From Polyangia bacterium (GTDB taxonomy: Bacteria; Myxococcota_A; Polyangia; Palsa-1104): a DNA stretch of 64,000 bases. Position numbers and translations under genes: made by a program. The stretch is taken from the NCBI GenBank assembly GCA_039923495.1, contig JBDTCO010000087.1, forward strand, positions 14,404 to 78,403, written 5' to 3'. A model generated the notes under the pieces. The model was given only the letters and a program-made list of their open reading frames with translations. It was not told the DNA's origin and did no database searches. Positions 1 to 9,248 of the stretch are shown here, in pieces (position 1 is the first letter of the stretch; the number at the start of each line of letters is the position of its first letter).

Positions 1-1185
1 GGCGCGACCCTCGGGCGTGACCGTCTTCGACAGCGGGCTCTGCGTCCACTCGCCGCCTTCTGCGACCTTGGCGCGCGCGAGGCCGCGGGCACCGAAGCCC
101 TTGACGAACTCCTCGAGCTTGTCGGCCTCGGTGCGGCTCATGTTGCCCGCGTCCTTCACCGGAAGGCGCAGCGCCTTGACGATGCCGCCCTGATCGAGCG
201 CGCTCTTGAACAGCGCGATGCCCGCTCCATCGTGCTGCTTGCACACGGCGGTCACGTCGGTGAGCTGGAGATCGAAGCGCAGGTCCGGCTTGTCGACGCC
301 GTACTTGCCCATCGCCTCGTCGTATGGGATGCGCGCGAACGGACGCGCGAGCTCGACGCCGAGGAGCTCCTTCCAGATGCGGCAGACGAGGCCCTCCATC
401 GTCGCGTAGATCTGCTCCTCCGAGACGAACGACATCTCGACGTCGATCTGCGTGAACTCGGGCTGACGATCGAGACGCAGATCCTCGTCGCGGAAGCAGC
501 GCACGACCTGGAAGTAGCGATCCATGCCCGCCACCATGAAGAGCTGCTTGAAGATCTGCGGTGACTCGGCGAGCGCGTAGAAGTGGCCCGGGTTGAGCCG
601 CGACGGCACGAGGAAGTTCCGCGCGCCGCCCGGTGTGTACTTCACCATGAACGGCGTCTCGAGCTCGAGGAACCCCGAGTCGTAGAAGTGCTCACGCGTC
701 GCGCGGTAGAGCTTCGAGCGCAGCACGAAGTTGTTCTGCAGGGCGGGGCGACGCAGATCGAGGTAGCGATACTTGAGGCGCACCTGCTCACCCGCGTCGG
801 TGTCGTCGGTGATCTCGAACGGCGGCGTCTCCGACTTCGAGAAGACGTGCAGCTCCATCGCCTCGACCTCGATCTCGCCGGTGGGGATCTTGGTGTTGAT
901 GTTGTCGCCGCGCGAGATGACCTTGCCGCGCACGCCGATGCAGAACTCGGAGCGCAGGTCACCGGCGAGGCCGTGCGCGGTCGTGTCGACGTCGGGGCCG
1001 AAGACGACCTGCGCGATGCCGGAACGATCGCGGAGGTCGATGAAGATGCGGCCGCCGTGATCGCGGCGCGTGCCGACCCAGCCCATGAGGACGACCTCCG
1101 AGCCGATGTGTGTGGCGCGGAGCTCGCCCGTGCGGTGTGTGCGCGGGTGGCGTTCGAGGAAGGTCGTCGGAGGCGCAGAAGACAT
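1..1185 (-). CDS. aspS: aspartyl-tRNA synthetase, N-terminal ~395 aa (3' end of gene lies outside window)
   Basis: Reverse-complement translation from ATG (complement of 1183-1185) reads MSSAPPTTFLERHPRTHRTGELRATHIGSEVVLMGWVGTRRDHGGRIFIDLRDRS..., the classic AspRS anticodon-binding / class II core N-terminus. No stop before window edge. Confidence 0.93.
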   Translation of the reverse strand, partial: MSSAPPTTFLERHPRTHRTGELRATHIGSEVVLMGWVGTRRDHGGRIFIDLRDRSGIAQVVFGPDVDTTAHGLAGDLRSEFCIGVRGKVISRGDNINTKIPTGEIEVEAMELHVFSKSETPPFEITDDTDAGEQVRLKYRYLDLRRPALQNNFVLRSKLYRATREHFYDSGFLELETPFMVKYTPGGARNFLVPSRLNPGHFYALAESPQIFKQLFMVAGMDRYFQVVRCFRDEDLRLDRQPEFTQIDVEMSFVSEEQIYATMEGLVCRIWKELLGVELARPFARIPYDEAMGKYGVDKPDLRFDLQLTDVTAVCKQHDGAGIALFKSALDQGGIVKALRLPVKDAGNMSRTEADKLEEFVKGFGARGLARAKVAEGGEWTQSPLSKTVTPEGRA

Positions 1186-1276
1186 GGCGCGGATACTAGA
1201 CAGAGACGCGCGCAGCGTCACGCGTCGCGTCAGCGATGTGCGCCTCCACCCACACGTTCGCGCGCGGACTTTTGCG

Positions 1277-1308
1277 GGTTGACGGCAATTTGGATCGCGA
1301 CCTACCTT
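1277..1308 (+). promoter_or_regulatory. candidate sigma70-like promoter (TTGACG -35, ~17 bp spacer, TACCTT -10-like) in aspS/M23-peptidase divergent intergenic region
   Basis: Sequence ttgacggcaatttggatcgcgacctaccttt at 1277-1308; lower-GC stretch between divergent genes. Motif match only. Confidence 0.2.
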
Positions 1309-1364
1309 TAGAGAGAGGAACCCGACAAGGATTCCTTCACCACGCGCGAAGCTGCGCCACCCGG

Positions 1365-2309
1365 ATGCAAGTCGAGCCCAGCACGTGCCCCGTCTGCGAC
1401 AAGGTCTTCGACCCGCTGCGCGCCCGTGCGCTCATCGTCACCGCGGGTCGAGTGCGCGCGTTCTGCTCCGAGACATGCCGAGCTGCGGCCGAGCACGCCG
1501 ATGGTGAAGCAGGTCGCTTCGTCGACCACATGTTGGCCGCGTCGCCCGACCATCCCAGCCGTCGCTGGATGTATACGTTCGCCGCCGTCGCGGTGTGCGG
1601 CGCCATCGTGCTCGGCGTCGCGCTCCGCAAGGGTCACCCCATCAAGGCGACGGTCGCGAGCGCGGAGGCGTCCATCGTGCCAGCCGCGTTCACCGTCGAA
1701 GACGCGCTGAAGATCCTCGAGTCGGCCTCGGCCACTCCCGCAGCGGGCATCCCTCTCTCCGACATCCCCGAGCGCGATCTGTGGCTGCACCCGCTGGCGG
1801 GTCCCGTGCGTCGCCTGCCCATTCGCAACACGCGTCGCTTCGGCGCGCCCCGCGAGGGCCTGCGCCCCGAGGCGTGCCGGAACGGCCACTGTGGCGTCGA
1901 CCTCGGGGAGGAGAAGGGCGAGTGGGTCTTCGCCGCGCACGACGGCGTCGTCGAGCGTGTCGTCGAGGACGACAGCGGCAACGAGGGCCGCTACGTCCGC
2001 CTCAACCATCGCGGCGGCACGTTGACCACTTCCTACATGCACCTCGACACCGTCCGTCAGGGCCTCAGATCAGGGGTGCCCGTCAAGGCCGGTGATCCGA
2101 TCGGCACCGTCGGCGAGACCGGCATCTTCCACTCGGGTCCGCATCTCCACTTCCAGATCGGCGTGCGCGCGCATCCGGGGGACATCGAGCTCTTCATCGA
2201 TCCGGAGCCGCTCCTGCATCTTTGGCCACTACGCGGTCCGTTCAAGGACACGACGCCGCGGCACCTCGCGCACGCGCCCTCGCCGGACAACGGCCCGCAG
2301 GGGATGTAG
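1365..2309 (+). CDS. M23 family metallopeptidase (LytM-like) with N-terminal Cys4 zinc-ribbon and one TM segment
   Basis: HCGVDL (HxxxD), GRYVRLNHRGGTLTTSYMHLD, GETGIFHSGPHLHFQI (HxH) motifs. N-term CPVCDKVF...FCSETC. TM WMYTFAAVAVCGAIVLGVAL. Start at ATG 1365 preferred over in-frame ATG 1236, whose extension is not protein-like; start uncertain. Confidence 0.85.
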   Translation: MQVEPSTCPVCDKVFDPLRARALIVTAGRVRAFCSETCRAAAEHADGEAGRFVDHMLAASPDHPSRRWMYTFAAVAVCGAIVLGVALRKGHPIKATVASAEASIVPAAFTVEDALKILESASATPAAGIPLSDIPERDLWLHPLAGPVRRLPIRNTRRFGAPREGLRPEACRNGHCGVDLGEEKGEWVFAAHDGVVERVVEDDSGNEGRYVRLNHRGGTLTTSYMHLDTVRQGLRSGVPVKAGDPIGTVGETGIFHSGPHLHFQIGVRAHPGDIELFIDPEPLLHLWPLRGPFKDTTPRHLAHAPSPDNGPQGM

Positions 2310-2311
2310 CG

Positions 2312-3271
2312 ATGCGGCTCGCGCACCTGTCCGATCTGCACGCGTTCTCCCTCGAGAACACGGGGCTGCTGCCGTTCTTCGGCAAGCGCCTCGCCGGCAT
2401 GGTCAACCTGCGCCTGCACCGAAAGGAGAAGCACCCGCGGGTGATCCTGGAGGCGCTGTTCGATGACCTCAACGAGCAGCAGCTCGACGAGATAGCGATC
2501 ACCGGCGACCTCACCAACCTCGCGCTCGAGAGCGAGTTCCGCCTCGCGCGACGGCTGCTCGATCGGCTCGACATCGGCTCGCGCCACGTCACCATCGTGC
2601 CGGGCAACCACGACGTCTACACCGTCGACGCGCTGCTGCGCCGCCCGTTCCACTCGCACCTCTCCCCGTACGCGACGTCGGACTCGGGCGACGACACGTT
2701 CCCGTTCGTGCGCGTTCGCGAGCCCATCGCGCTCATCGGTCTGTCGACAGCGCGGCCTTCACCTGTGCCGTTCGCCTCGGGGTCGCTCGGTCGACGTCAG
2801 CTGATGCGGCTCGAGGAGCGCCTCGACGAGCTCGGCCGTCGCGGCCTGTTCCGCATCGTGCTCTTGCACCATCCACCCGTCGCCAACCGCCACTCGATTC
2901 TGCGAGGCCTGCGCGACCGTGCCGAGTTCGCGAAGGTGCTCGCGCGCGTCGGCGCAGAGCTGGTGCTACACGGCCACGAGCACCGCGATCTCGACGATCG
3001 CCTCGACGGGCCGAACGGACCGATCCCCGTGTCCGGCGTGGGCTCGGCGACCTACGCGGATCCGCGTCCCGACCGGCGGGCGCGCTACCACATCTACGAC
3101 CTTGCGCCGTCGCTGCATGCCCCCGCGCGCATCGTCACGCGCAAGGTGCGGGCCTACGACCCGACCACGGGCCGCTTCGCGGAGCTCTATTCGCCGCCCG
3201 ACTCGAACGACCAGCCGTCGGCGCCGCAGACGGCCTTCTTGGCCTCTGCCGCGGGGCACAAGATCTCCTGA
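2312..3271 (+). CDS. calcineurin-like metallophosphoesterase
   Basis: MRLAHLSDLH...ITGDLTN...VPGNHD...LLHHPP...LHGHEH motifs. ATG 2312 is 2 nt after the M23 stop. Confidence 0.85.
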   Translation: MRLAHLSDLHAFSLENTGLLPFFGKRLAGMVNLRLHRKEKHPRVILEALFDDLNEQQLDEIAITGDLTNLALESEFRLARRLLDRLDIGSRHVTIVPGNHDVYTVDALLRRPFHSHLSPYATSDSGDDTFPFVRVREPIALIGLSTARPSPVPFASGSLGRRQLMRLEERLDELGRRGLFRIVLLHHPPVANRHSILRGLRDRAEFAKVLARVGAELVLHGHEHRDLDDRLDGPNGPIPVSGVGSATYADPRPDRRARYHIYDLAPSLHAPARIVTRKVRAYDPTTGRFAELYSPPDSNDQPSAPQTAFLASAAGHKIS

Positions 3272-3447
3272 CCGCGGTGCTTGTTGTCGCAGGTGATGAA
3301 GTCGTTGCCATCGCACACGTCCACGTCGCCCGGCTTGCCGGTGACCGCGCAGGCGTTCTTGCTGTCGCAGGCAGGACCGCAGCCGGCGAGCATCAGCGAG
3401 AGGCCGAGCCAGGGACCGAGAATGACTAGAACCACGAGGGCGCGCAT
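3187..3447 (-). CDS. small cysteine-rich lipoprotein (86 aa, 6 Cys after lipobox Cys)
   Basis: MRALVVLVILGPWLGLSLMLAGC lipobox signal; mature part GPACDSKNACAVTGKPGDVDVCDGNDFITCDNKHRGQEILCPAAEAKKAVC. 3' end overlaps the convergent phosphoesterase by 85 bp, so length is uncertain. Confidence 0.5.
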   Translation of the reverse strand: MRALVVLVILGPWLGLSLMLAGCGPACDSKNACAVTGKPGDVDVCDGNDFITCDNKHRGQEILCPAAEAKKAVCGADGWSFESGGE

Positions 3448-3570
3448 TTGGCGGCCCTCGTAGCACCAAGCGCACTCCCTCCGCAACCGCTTCTCTGCCG
3501 ACCCGGCTTCGGATTTCGCCGCCGACTGTCTTTCGTCCTCGCCTGGCCGGTCGCGGCGGCCCCGCGGGTT

Positions 3571-4239
3571 CTACGACGCCTGGCTGATCTCTTTGCTGCC
3601 CTTCGCCTTCGCGACGAGGCCGGCGAGCCGCTGCAGCGGCTCCTCGAGCTCGGCGGAGAGCTCGACGGGAACCAGCCCCTCTTCGCGGCCGTGCGCGAGG
3701 AGCTCGGTGAGCCTCGCGGTGACATGGCGGAGCTCGTTGCGGCGCTTCTCGCGCTGCGTCTCGTCGTCGAGCGGGAAGAGGACCTCGCGGTACTGCTTGT
3801 TGAGGCGCGGGAGCGACGCGCCCTCGTCGAGGACCTGGCGGCGGATGTCGTCGATGGTCTCGGCCGGTGCCTCGGCCTCCTCCGCGCGACGCCAGAAGTC
3901 GACCGCGCCGTACGCGGGCAGCGGCAGCTCGTCGTCGGCCGCCGTCGAGAAGGCGCGCGCGACGACCTCGGGGGCGCGCGCGCGCAGGAACGAGAACGAG
4001 CCGGTCAGCTTGTCGGCGGTCTCCCGACGAAGATGCAGCTCCTTTTTGCAATAGTCCTCGAACGATGAATGTCCCCAGGCCTTCCAGCGTTCTTCTCGAC
4101 GGACTCGCGACAGCGACTCCCCGAGCTCGAACCAGCTCGCCTTGAAGCGCCGCGCCGCAGCGACGACACCCGCGCGCTCTGGATCACCTGCGAACACTGC
4201 CTCGCGCTGCGCGAGCTCCTTGTCGACACCGGTCTGCAT
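3571..4239 (-). CDS. hypothetical protein (charged, helical)
   Basis: ORF with protein-like composition (MQTGVDKELAQREAVFAGDPERAG...SWFELGESLSRVRREERWKAWGHSSFEDYCKKELHL...). No recognisable catalytic motif. Confidence 0.6.
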   Translation of the reverse strand: MQTGVDKELAQREAVFAGDPERAGVVAAARRFKASWFELGESLSRVRREERWKAWGHSSFEDYCKKELHLRRETADKLTGSFSFLRARAPEVVARAFSTAADDELPLPAYGAVDFWRRAEEAEAPAETIDDIRRQVLDEGASLPRLNKQYREVLFPLDDETQREKRRNELRHVTARLTELLAHGREEGLVPVELSAELEEPLQRLAGLVAKAKGSKEISQAS

Positions 4240-4332
4240 GAGCCGCGCACGGTAACACCGCACCTCCTTTCGATCACGCCGTCAGGCAAAGCGTCCCGGC
4301 GATGGCCTGGCTCAATTTACAAGGGAGCATGT

Positions 4333-6027
4333 GTGCGCAATAATTCCGGCTTCGTGGAAGCACCCGCCCTCACACCGAAGGTCTGCCCCGCGTGCAACTC
4401 GCGCTACGGCAACGAGGTCGCGTTCTGCTCTCGAGACGGCACGCCGCTCGTCGTCGACCCAGGCGCAGGGCACGCGGATCTCGTCGGCACCGTCCTCGCC
4501 GAGCGCTACCGCATCGTGCGGCTGCTCGGCGAAGGCGGTATGGGGCAGGTCTACGAGGCCCAGCACCTCAACATCAACAAGCGGTTCGCCATCAAGCTCC
4601 TGCGCCCGGAGATCGTCTCCAACCAGGAGGCGGTCGCGCGCTTCCGGCAGGAGGCGTGGAGCGCGTCCTCCATCGGTGACGAGAACATCGTCGAGATCGA
4701 CGACTTCGCGACCTTGCCGAACGGCTCCGTCTACCTCGCGATGGAGTACCTGCAGGGGCGTGCGCTGTCCGACCGCATGCGCACGCCGCCACCGGTCGCG
4801 CTCGACGAGGCGCTCGACCTGCTGATGCAGGTCTGCCGTGGTCTGTCGGCCGCACACGCCAAGGGCATTGTCCATCGCGACATGAAGCCCGAGAACGTGT
4901 TCCTCGCCGAGAAGCACGGTCGCGTCATCGCGAAGATCCTCGACTTCGGCATTGCCAAGGTCTCCGGTGCGGAGGGATCGCAGAGCCTCACGCGCACGGG
5001 AACGATCTTCGGGACGCCTCACTACATGTCGCCCGAGCAGGCACTCGGTCGCGCGCTCGATCACCGCACCGACATCTACTCGGTCGGCGTCATCATGTAC
5101 GAGCTGTTCACGGGCCGCGTGCCCTTCGAAGCCGAGAGCTTCATGGGCATCCTCACGAAGCACATCACCGTCGAGCCGATGGCGCCGCACCTGCTGTCGC
5201 CCGAACGCAATATCCTGCCCGAGGTCGAGGCGGTGATCCTGCGCGCGATGGCGAAGGAGGTCGCTGATCGCTACCAGACGATGAACGAGCTGCTCGGCGA
5301 GCTGCTGGTGCTCGCCGAGCAGCACGCGCCCAACGTGCTGCGCGTGCCTTCGGGCTCCATCTCGGCCCAGGTTTCGAGCCAGATGCCCTCGGCGACGCCG
5401 TCGAGTCCGCGCGCCGCGCCCTCGACGCCGCTACCGCCGAGCATGAAGGTGCAGGCCGCGACGTCGTCGGTCGATATCGTCTCCGGCAAGGAGCGCCGCG
5501 CGGGCGTGCTCGTCGGCGCCGCCGTGGCGTTGGTCGGGCTCGTCACCGCGGTCGTGCTGTTCTCGCACGCGCCGGCGACGACGACGGACAGGACGCCCGT
5601 CGCCGAGAAGAAGGTGCCGGTGGTCGAGAAGAAGGTGCCGGTGGTCGAGAAGACGTCCGGTCAGCCAACCACCCTCGTCGCGAAGGATGTGACGATCCTC
5701 ATCGACAGCGAGCCCGCACGCGCAGAGATTCTGAGAGGTGACGTGCGCTTCGGCGATACCCCCGCGAACATCGTGCTCGTCGGTGGCAAGGCCGAGACGA
5801 TCGTCCTGCGCAAGGCCGGCTACGTGACCCAGGCCGTCACGCTGAAGGACGACAGCGACGCGAGGAAGATCGTGCGGCTCGCGCGCGTCGCGAGCACCAG
5901 GCCGAAGGATACGCCACCGCCGTTCACGACCGCGCCGACGAAGACCCCACCCGCGGTCAAGCCGCCGACCGTCAAGCACCAGAGCGAGGACCCGAAGAAG
6001 GGCTCCGAGATCATCAATCCGTACTAG
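4333..6027 (+). CDS. Ser/Thr protein kinase with N-terminal zinc ribbon, TM segment, (EKKVPVV)n repeat linker and C-terminal PEGA domain
   Basis: CPACNSRYGNEVAFCSRDG; LGEGGMGQVYEA...AIKLL; VHRDMKPENVF; DFGIAK; YMSPEQ; TM VLVGAAVALVGLVTAVVLF; PEGA-like ILIDSEPARAEIL...GDTPANI. GTG 4333 is 6 nt after AAGGGA; in-frame ATG 4069 rejected because its extension is not protein-like and overlaps the minus-strand gene. Confidence 0.9.
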   Translation: MRNNSGFVEAPALTPKVCPACNSRYGNEVAFCSRDGTPLVVDPGAGHADLVGTVLAERYRIVRLLGEGGMGQVYEAQHLNINKRFAIKLLRPEIVSNQEAVARFRQEAWSASSIGDENIVEIDDFATLPNGSVYLAMEYLQGRALSDRMRTPPPVALDEALDLLMQVCRGLSAAHAKGIVHRDMKPENVFLAEKHGRVIAKILDFGIAKVSGAEGSQSLTRTGTIFGTPHYMSPEQALGRALDHRTDIYSVGVIMYELFTGRVPFEAESFMGILTKHITVEPMAPHLLSPERNILPEVEAVILRAMAKEVADRYQTMNELLGELLVLAEQHAPNVLRVPSGSISAQVSSQMPSATPSSPRAAPSTPLPPSMKVQAATSSVDIVSGKERRAGVLVGAAVALVGLVTAVVLFSHAPATTTDRTPVAEKKVPVVEKKVPVVEKTSGQPTTLVAKDVTILIDSEPARAEILRGDVRFGDTPANIVLVGGKAETIVLRKAGYVTQAVTLKDDSDARKIVRLARVASTRPKDTPPPFTTAPTKTPPAVKPPTVKHQSEDPKKGSEIINPY

Positions 6028-6060
6028 GCCTCACCAGCACCAGCCACCAGGAGCTCTGCA

Positions 6061-6846
6061 ATGCGCCGCTCTGCGATCCTCGCGACCCTCACCTGCATGG
6101 CCTTCGTCTGGGCCACCCTCTGGCCCGACGTCGCGCGCGCGCGCGAGAACCAGCCGCCGCCACCGGCAACCGCGGCGACGCCCGCTGCCGACGATCCGAC
6201 GATGGCCTCGGCGAAGCAGCACTTCGCCGCCGGTCGTGCCGCGTACACGGCCAACGACTTTCCGACGGCGATCCGCGAGTTCAAGGCGGCCGAGGCGCTG
6301 CGTCCGTCGCCCGTGCTCGCGTACAACATCGGCCTCGCGAACGAGAAGCTCGGTCGTCGCAAGGTCGCCGTGAAGTACTACCAGCGCTACCTCGAGACGT
6401 CGCCGAAGGCCGCGAACCGCGCCGAGGTCGAGGGTCGCATCTCCTCGCTCGAGGCGCAGCTCGGGCAGCAGCCGCCGCCGACGGTCCAGCAGCCGGACTC
6501 GTCGCAGGACAACCCGCCCCCGCCGATGATGGACGGAAACAACCAGCCCCCGCCGATGATCGTGGGGCAGGACCCGTACGCCGCCCAGCCGCCGGGCATG
6601 ACCGCGCCGCCGCACAAGAAGAAGCGCAGCCTGTGGTGGGTCGGCCTCATCGTCGGCCTCGGCGTCGCCGTCATCGTCACGGTCATCGTCGTCTCCGTCA
6701 TCTACACGCACGATGCCGCCTCGACCGTTTATTACGACGCGAAGGTGCCGTCGCCGGTGGACGGCACGCACCTGCTCGACCGCGCCGTGGTGCCGTCGCA
6801 GGCGCACGGTGCCGAGACCGCGCCGCTCTATCAGGTGCACTTCTAG
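6061..6846 (+). CDS. TPR-repeat protein with signal peptide, Pro/Gln-rich linker and C-terminal TM anchor
   Basis: Signal MRRSAILATLTCMAFVWATLWPDVARA; TPR-like AYNIGLANEKLGRRKVAVKYYQRYLE; TM WWVGLIVGLGVAVIVTVIVVSVIY. Confidence 0.75.
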   Translation: MRRSAILATLTCMAFVWATLWPDVARARENQPPPPATAATPAADDPTMASAKQHFAAGRAAYTANDFPTAIREFKAAEALRPSPVLAYNIGLANEKLGRRKVAVKYYQRYLETSPKAANRAEVEGRISSLEAQLGQQPPPTVQQPDSSQDNPPPPMMDGNNQPPPMIVGQDPYAAQPPGMTAPPHKKKRSLWWVGLIVGLGVAVIVTVIVVSVIYTHDAASTVYYDAKVPSPVDGTHLLDRAVVPSQAHGAETAPLYQVHF

Positions 6847-6946
6847 CAGGTGCACTTCCGGCAGGGGCTGCTGGTCGGAGCCGCTTGCGGTCGGCAGGGC
6901 TGTCGGGCTAAGACCGCCGCGTAACTCACGTTCGCGGAGGATCCTC

Positions 6947-8359
6947 ATGTCACGTCGCTTGGCTTTGCACGACCTCGTCACGCTCCCCAGCCTTCTCTGC
7001 ATCGCCGTAGTCCTCGGTTTCGCGTCCGGCTGTGTCGAGCAGAACTCCGACATGCCGAGCGAGGACGACATCAAGGCTGCTCACGAACACATCCTCACCA
7101 CCGAGCCGACGCCGAAGATCCCGGTGAACGCGCAGCTCGAGGACAAGCTCGTGTACCTCGGCGCCGACATCGACGTCGCCGAGGTTACGCCCGGCAAGGC
7201 CTTCACGATCACGCACTACTGGAAGGTCCTCAATCCCGTTGGTGACGATTGGAAGATCTTCATCCACCTCGAGAGCCCCGACGGGAAGAAGAGCCACCTC
7301 AACGCCGACCACACGCCCATCGGCGGCAAGTATCCGCTCGCGCTGTGGAAGAAGGGCGAGATCATCCGCGACATCCACCGCGTCTCGATCCCGACGACGT
7401 GGCCATCCGACGAGGTCGATCTCTACGTCGGTGCGTGGAAGGGCCCGCTGCGGCTCAAGGTCACGAGCGGTCCACACGACAGTGAGAACCGCATCATCGT
7501 GGCGAAGCTCAAGGTCGTCGGCGCGCAGAAGGAGATGCCGAAGAAGCGCATCGTCGCGACGAAGGTCAAGAACGGCAGCATCAAGGCGGACGGCAAGCTC
7601 GACGAGGCCGCATGGAAGACCGCGTCGTCGACGGGCCTCTTCGTCCGCACCATGGACGGCGGCATCGTCGATCAGGACACCTCTGCGAAGGTGCTCTGGG
7701 ACGACAAGAACCTCTACGTCGCGTTCGAGATGGCCGACAAGGACGTGTGGTCGACGCTCACGAAGCACGACGACAAGCTCTACAGCCAGGAGGCCGTCGA
7801 GGTGTTCATCGACGCCGACGGAGACGGCAAGACGTACGTCGAGCTCGAGGCCAACCCGAAGGGTGCGACGTTCGACTCGTACCTGCCGTCGTACCGCAAG
7901 AACGTCAACGAGTGGGAGTCGGGCATGGTCGCCGGCGTCACCGTCGATGGCACCGTCGATGCGCGCGGCGATGTCGACAAGGGCTGGATCGCCGAGCTCT
8001 CCATCCCGCTCGTCGCGGCGCGCGGTCAGGAGAAGCAGATGAAGAACGTGCCGCCGGTGCTCGGCACCGAGTGGCGCGTGAACTTCTTCCGCATGGACCA
8101 GCCAGCGGCGCGCTCGCCGATCGGATCGGCGTGGTCGCCTCCGATGGTGGGCGACTTCCACGCCCTCGACCGCTTCGGTACGCTCGTCTTCGGCGACGAC
8201 AAGGGCAACGTCCCCGGCCAGGCGCCCACGGCGCCGGTCGTCGCGCCGGTCGTGAAGCAGGAAGCGCCGGCTGCTCCGGCCACCGATGCCGGCCTGGCGA
8301 AGCGCTTCCGCCCGATGCCGAAGCCCTCGAGACAGCTCCTCGAAGACAGCAACCAGTAG
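6947..8359 (+). CDS. lipoprotein with carbohydrate-binding family 9 (CBM9/DOMON-like) domain
   Basis: GCGGAGGA RBS 5 nt before ATG 6947; lipobox LGFASGC; DGKLDEAAWKTA...LWDDKNLYVAFEMADKDVW...EAVEVFIDADGDGKTYVELEANPKG...WRVNFFRMD typical of CBM9-like fold. Confidence 0.75.
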   Translation: MSRRLALHDLVTLPSLLCIAVVLGFASGCVEQNSDMPSEDDIKAAHEHILTTEPTPKIPVNAQLEDKLVYLGADIDVAEVTPGKAFTITHYWKVLNPVGDDWKIFIHLESPDGKKSHLNADHTPIGGKYPLALWKKGEIIRDIHRVSIPTTWPSDEVDLYVGAWKGPLRLKVTSGPHDSENRIIVAKLKVVGAQKEMPKKRIVATKVKNGSIKADGKLDEAAWKTASSTGLFVRTMDGGIVDQDTSAKVLWDDKNLYVAFEMADKDVWSTLTKHDDKLYSQEAVEVFIDADGDGKTYVELEANPKGATFDSYLPSYRKNVNEWESGMVAGVTVDGTVDARGDVDKGWIAELSIPLVAARGQEKQMKNVPPVLGTEWRVNFFRMDQPAARSPIGSAWSPPMVGDFHALDRFGTLVFGDDKGNVPGQAPTAPVVAPVVKQEAPAAPATDAGLAKRFRPMPKPSRQLLEDSNQ

Positions 8360-8363
8360 GACA

Positions 8364-8398
8364 GGCGCCCCTGCTGACAACCGTCACGGCAGGGGCGC
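8364..8398. terminator. bidirectional hairpin between convergent genes (10-bp perfect stem GGCGCCCCTGC/GCAGGGGCGC, 14-nt loop)
   Basis: Inverted repeat read directly; sits between the stop of the + lipoprotein gene (8359) and the stop of the minus gene (8398). Confidence 0.5.
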
Positions 8399-9222
8399 TA
8401 CATGTCGTCGCAGGGCGTGCCGAGGCGCTGCCCCGTGTAGACGCCGAGGTCCGTGTACAGCGTCACGTGGTTGTCCTCGATCGGGACGACCGTCAGCTCG
8501 GTGCGCTGCTTGCCGGAGAGCCACTTTCCCTCGCTCGCGCTCGAGATGAGCCGCAGCTCCCCTGACTTGGTCGAGAAGATGTCGCCGTTCGAGTCGGACA
8601 CCACGTTCGTCATCTTCTGCTGCTTGAGGTCACCCTTCGGCCCCACGAAGAGACGGAACGCGTTGTTGCCAGGCGGCTCGCGCAGGCGATCGACGTAGTA
8701 GTAGCGAGCGTGCTCGTCGCGCGCGAGCCAGTAGCTCTGCCACTTCCAGCGTGCGTGGTGAAAGTGCGCGGCGCCGAGCAGCGCCGAGGACTCGGCGGTG
8801 GAGAGCGGGTGGAACTCGGTGTCGCGCTTCGAGCACGTGAGCGTGTAGCGCTTGTCGCGATACCGGAACATCGCCTCGACGCCGGCGTTCACGCGCGGGT
8901 CCCAGAACGAGCGCGAGAACGAGAGCTCGCCGTTCTTGCTGCCGCCGAACCCGCGCTGCATGTAGAAGTCGGTGCCGTCGCCGTAGAAGAACATCTGGCC
9001 CGAGAAGTCGAACGGAACGAGCACGATGTAGTGCTTCTTGCCATCGGTGAACGCGCGCAGCTTCTCGCGCGCTGCGCCGAGGTCGACGGTGTCGTCCTCG
9101 GGTTCCGCGACCTTTGCATGTCGGTGTGGTGCTGCGTGTGCGAGGGGCGGTCCGAGGCAGAGTGCCGATCCGAGGGCAGTGGTGATGGCCGATGTGAGCA
9201 CCAGCGCGCGATGCGTGGACAT
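8398..9222 (-). CDS. secreted hypothetical protein
   Basis: Signal MSTHRALVLTSAITTALGSALCLGPPLAHA; protein-like aromatic-rich sequence. Divergent from the STK at 9249. Confidence 0.7.
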   Translation of the reverse strand: MSTHRALVLTSAITTALGSALCLGPPLAHAAPHRHAKVAEPEDDTVDLGAAREKLRAFTDGKKHYIVLVPFDFSGQMFFYGDGTDFYMQRGFGGSKNGELSFSRSFWDPRVNAGVEAMFRYRDKRYTLTCSKRDTEFHPLSTAESSALLGAAHFHHARWKWQSYWLARDEHARYYYVDRLREPPGNNAFRLFVGPKGDLKQQKMTNVVSDSNGDIFSTKSGELRLISSASEGKWLSGKQRTELTVVPIEDNHVTLYTDLGVYTGQRLGTPCDDM

Positions 9223-9248
9223 GCTTCCGAGTATACTCGCGGACGCTC

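Noticed and set aside
2966-4051. 361-aa minus-strand ORF (Arg/Gly/Pro-rich) plus several other long ORFs in the track (e.g. 583..1311+, 1308..2042-, 26797..28278-, 27861..29120+, 52013..53998-, 46624..48180-)
   Set aside because: All are antisense or off-frame to genes with clear family motifs, have extreme Arg/Ala/Gly/Pro composition, and lack RBS or signal features; GC-driven absence of stops.
4069-4332. In-frame ATG 4069 as start of the first Ser/Thr kinase (652-aa ORF in the track)
   Set aside because: The 88-residue extension is not protein-like, has no signal or zinc-ribbon context, and would fully overlap the start region of the minus-strand gene 3571..4239. GTG 4333 with AAGGGA 6 nt upstream gives a clean zinc-ribbon N-terminus.
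6847-6946. Possible terminator/direct repeats (CGGCAGGGGCTG... twice) after the TPR membrane protein gene
   Set aside because: Only imperfect 5-6 bp complementarity and degenerate direct repeats; not convincing enough to call a feature.
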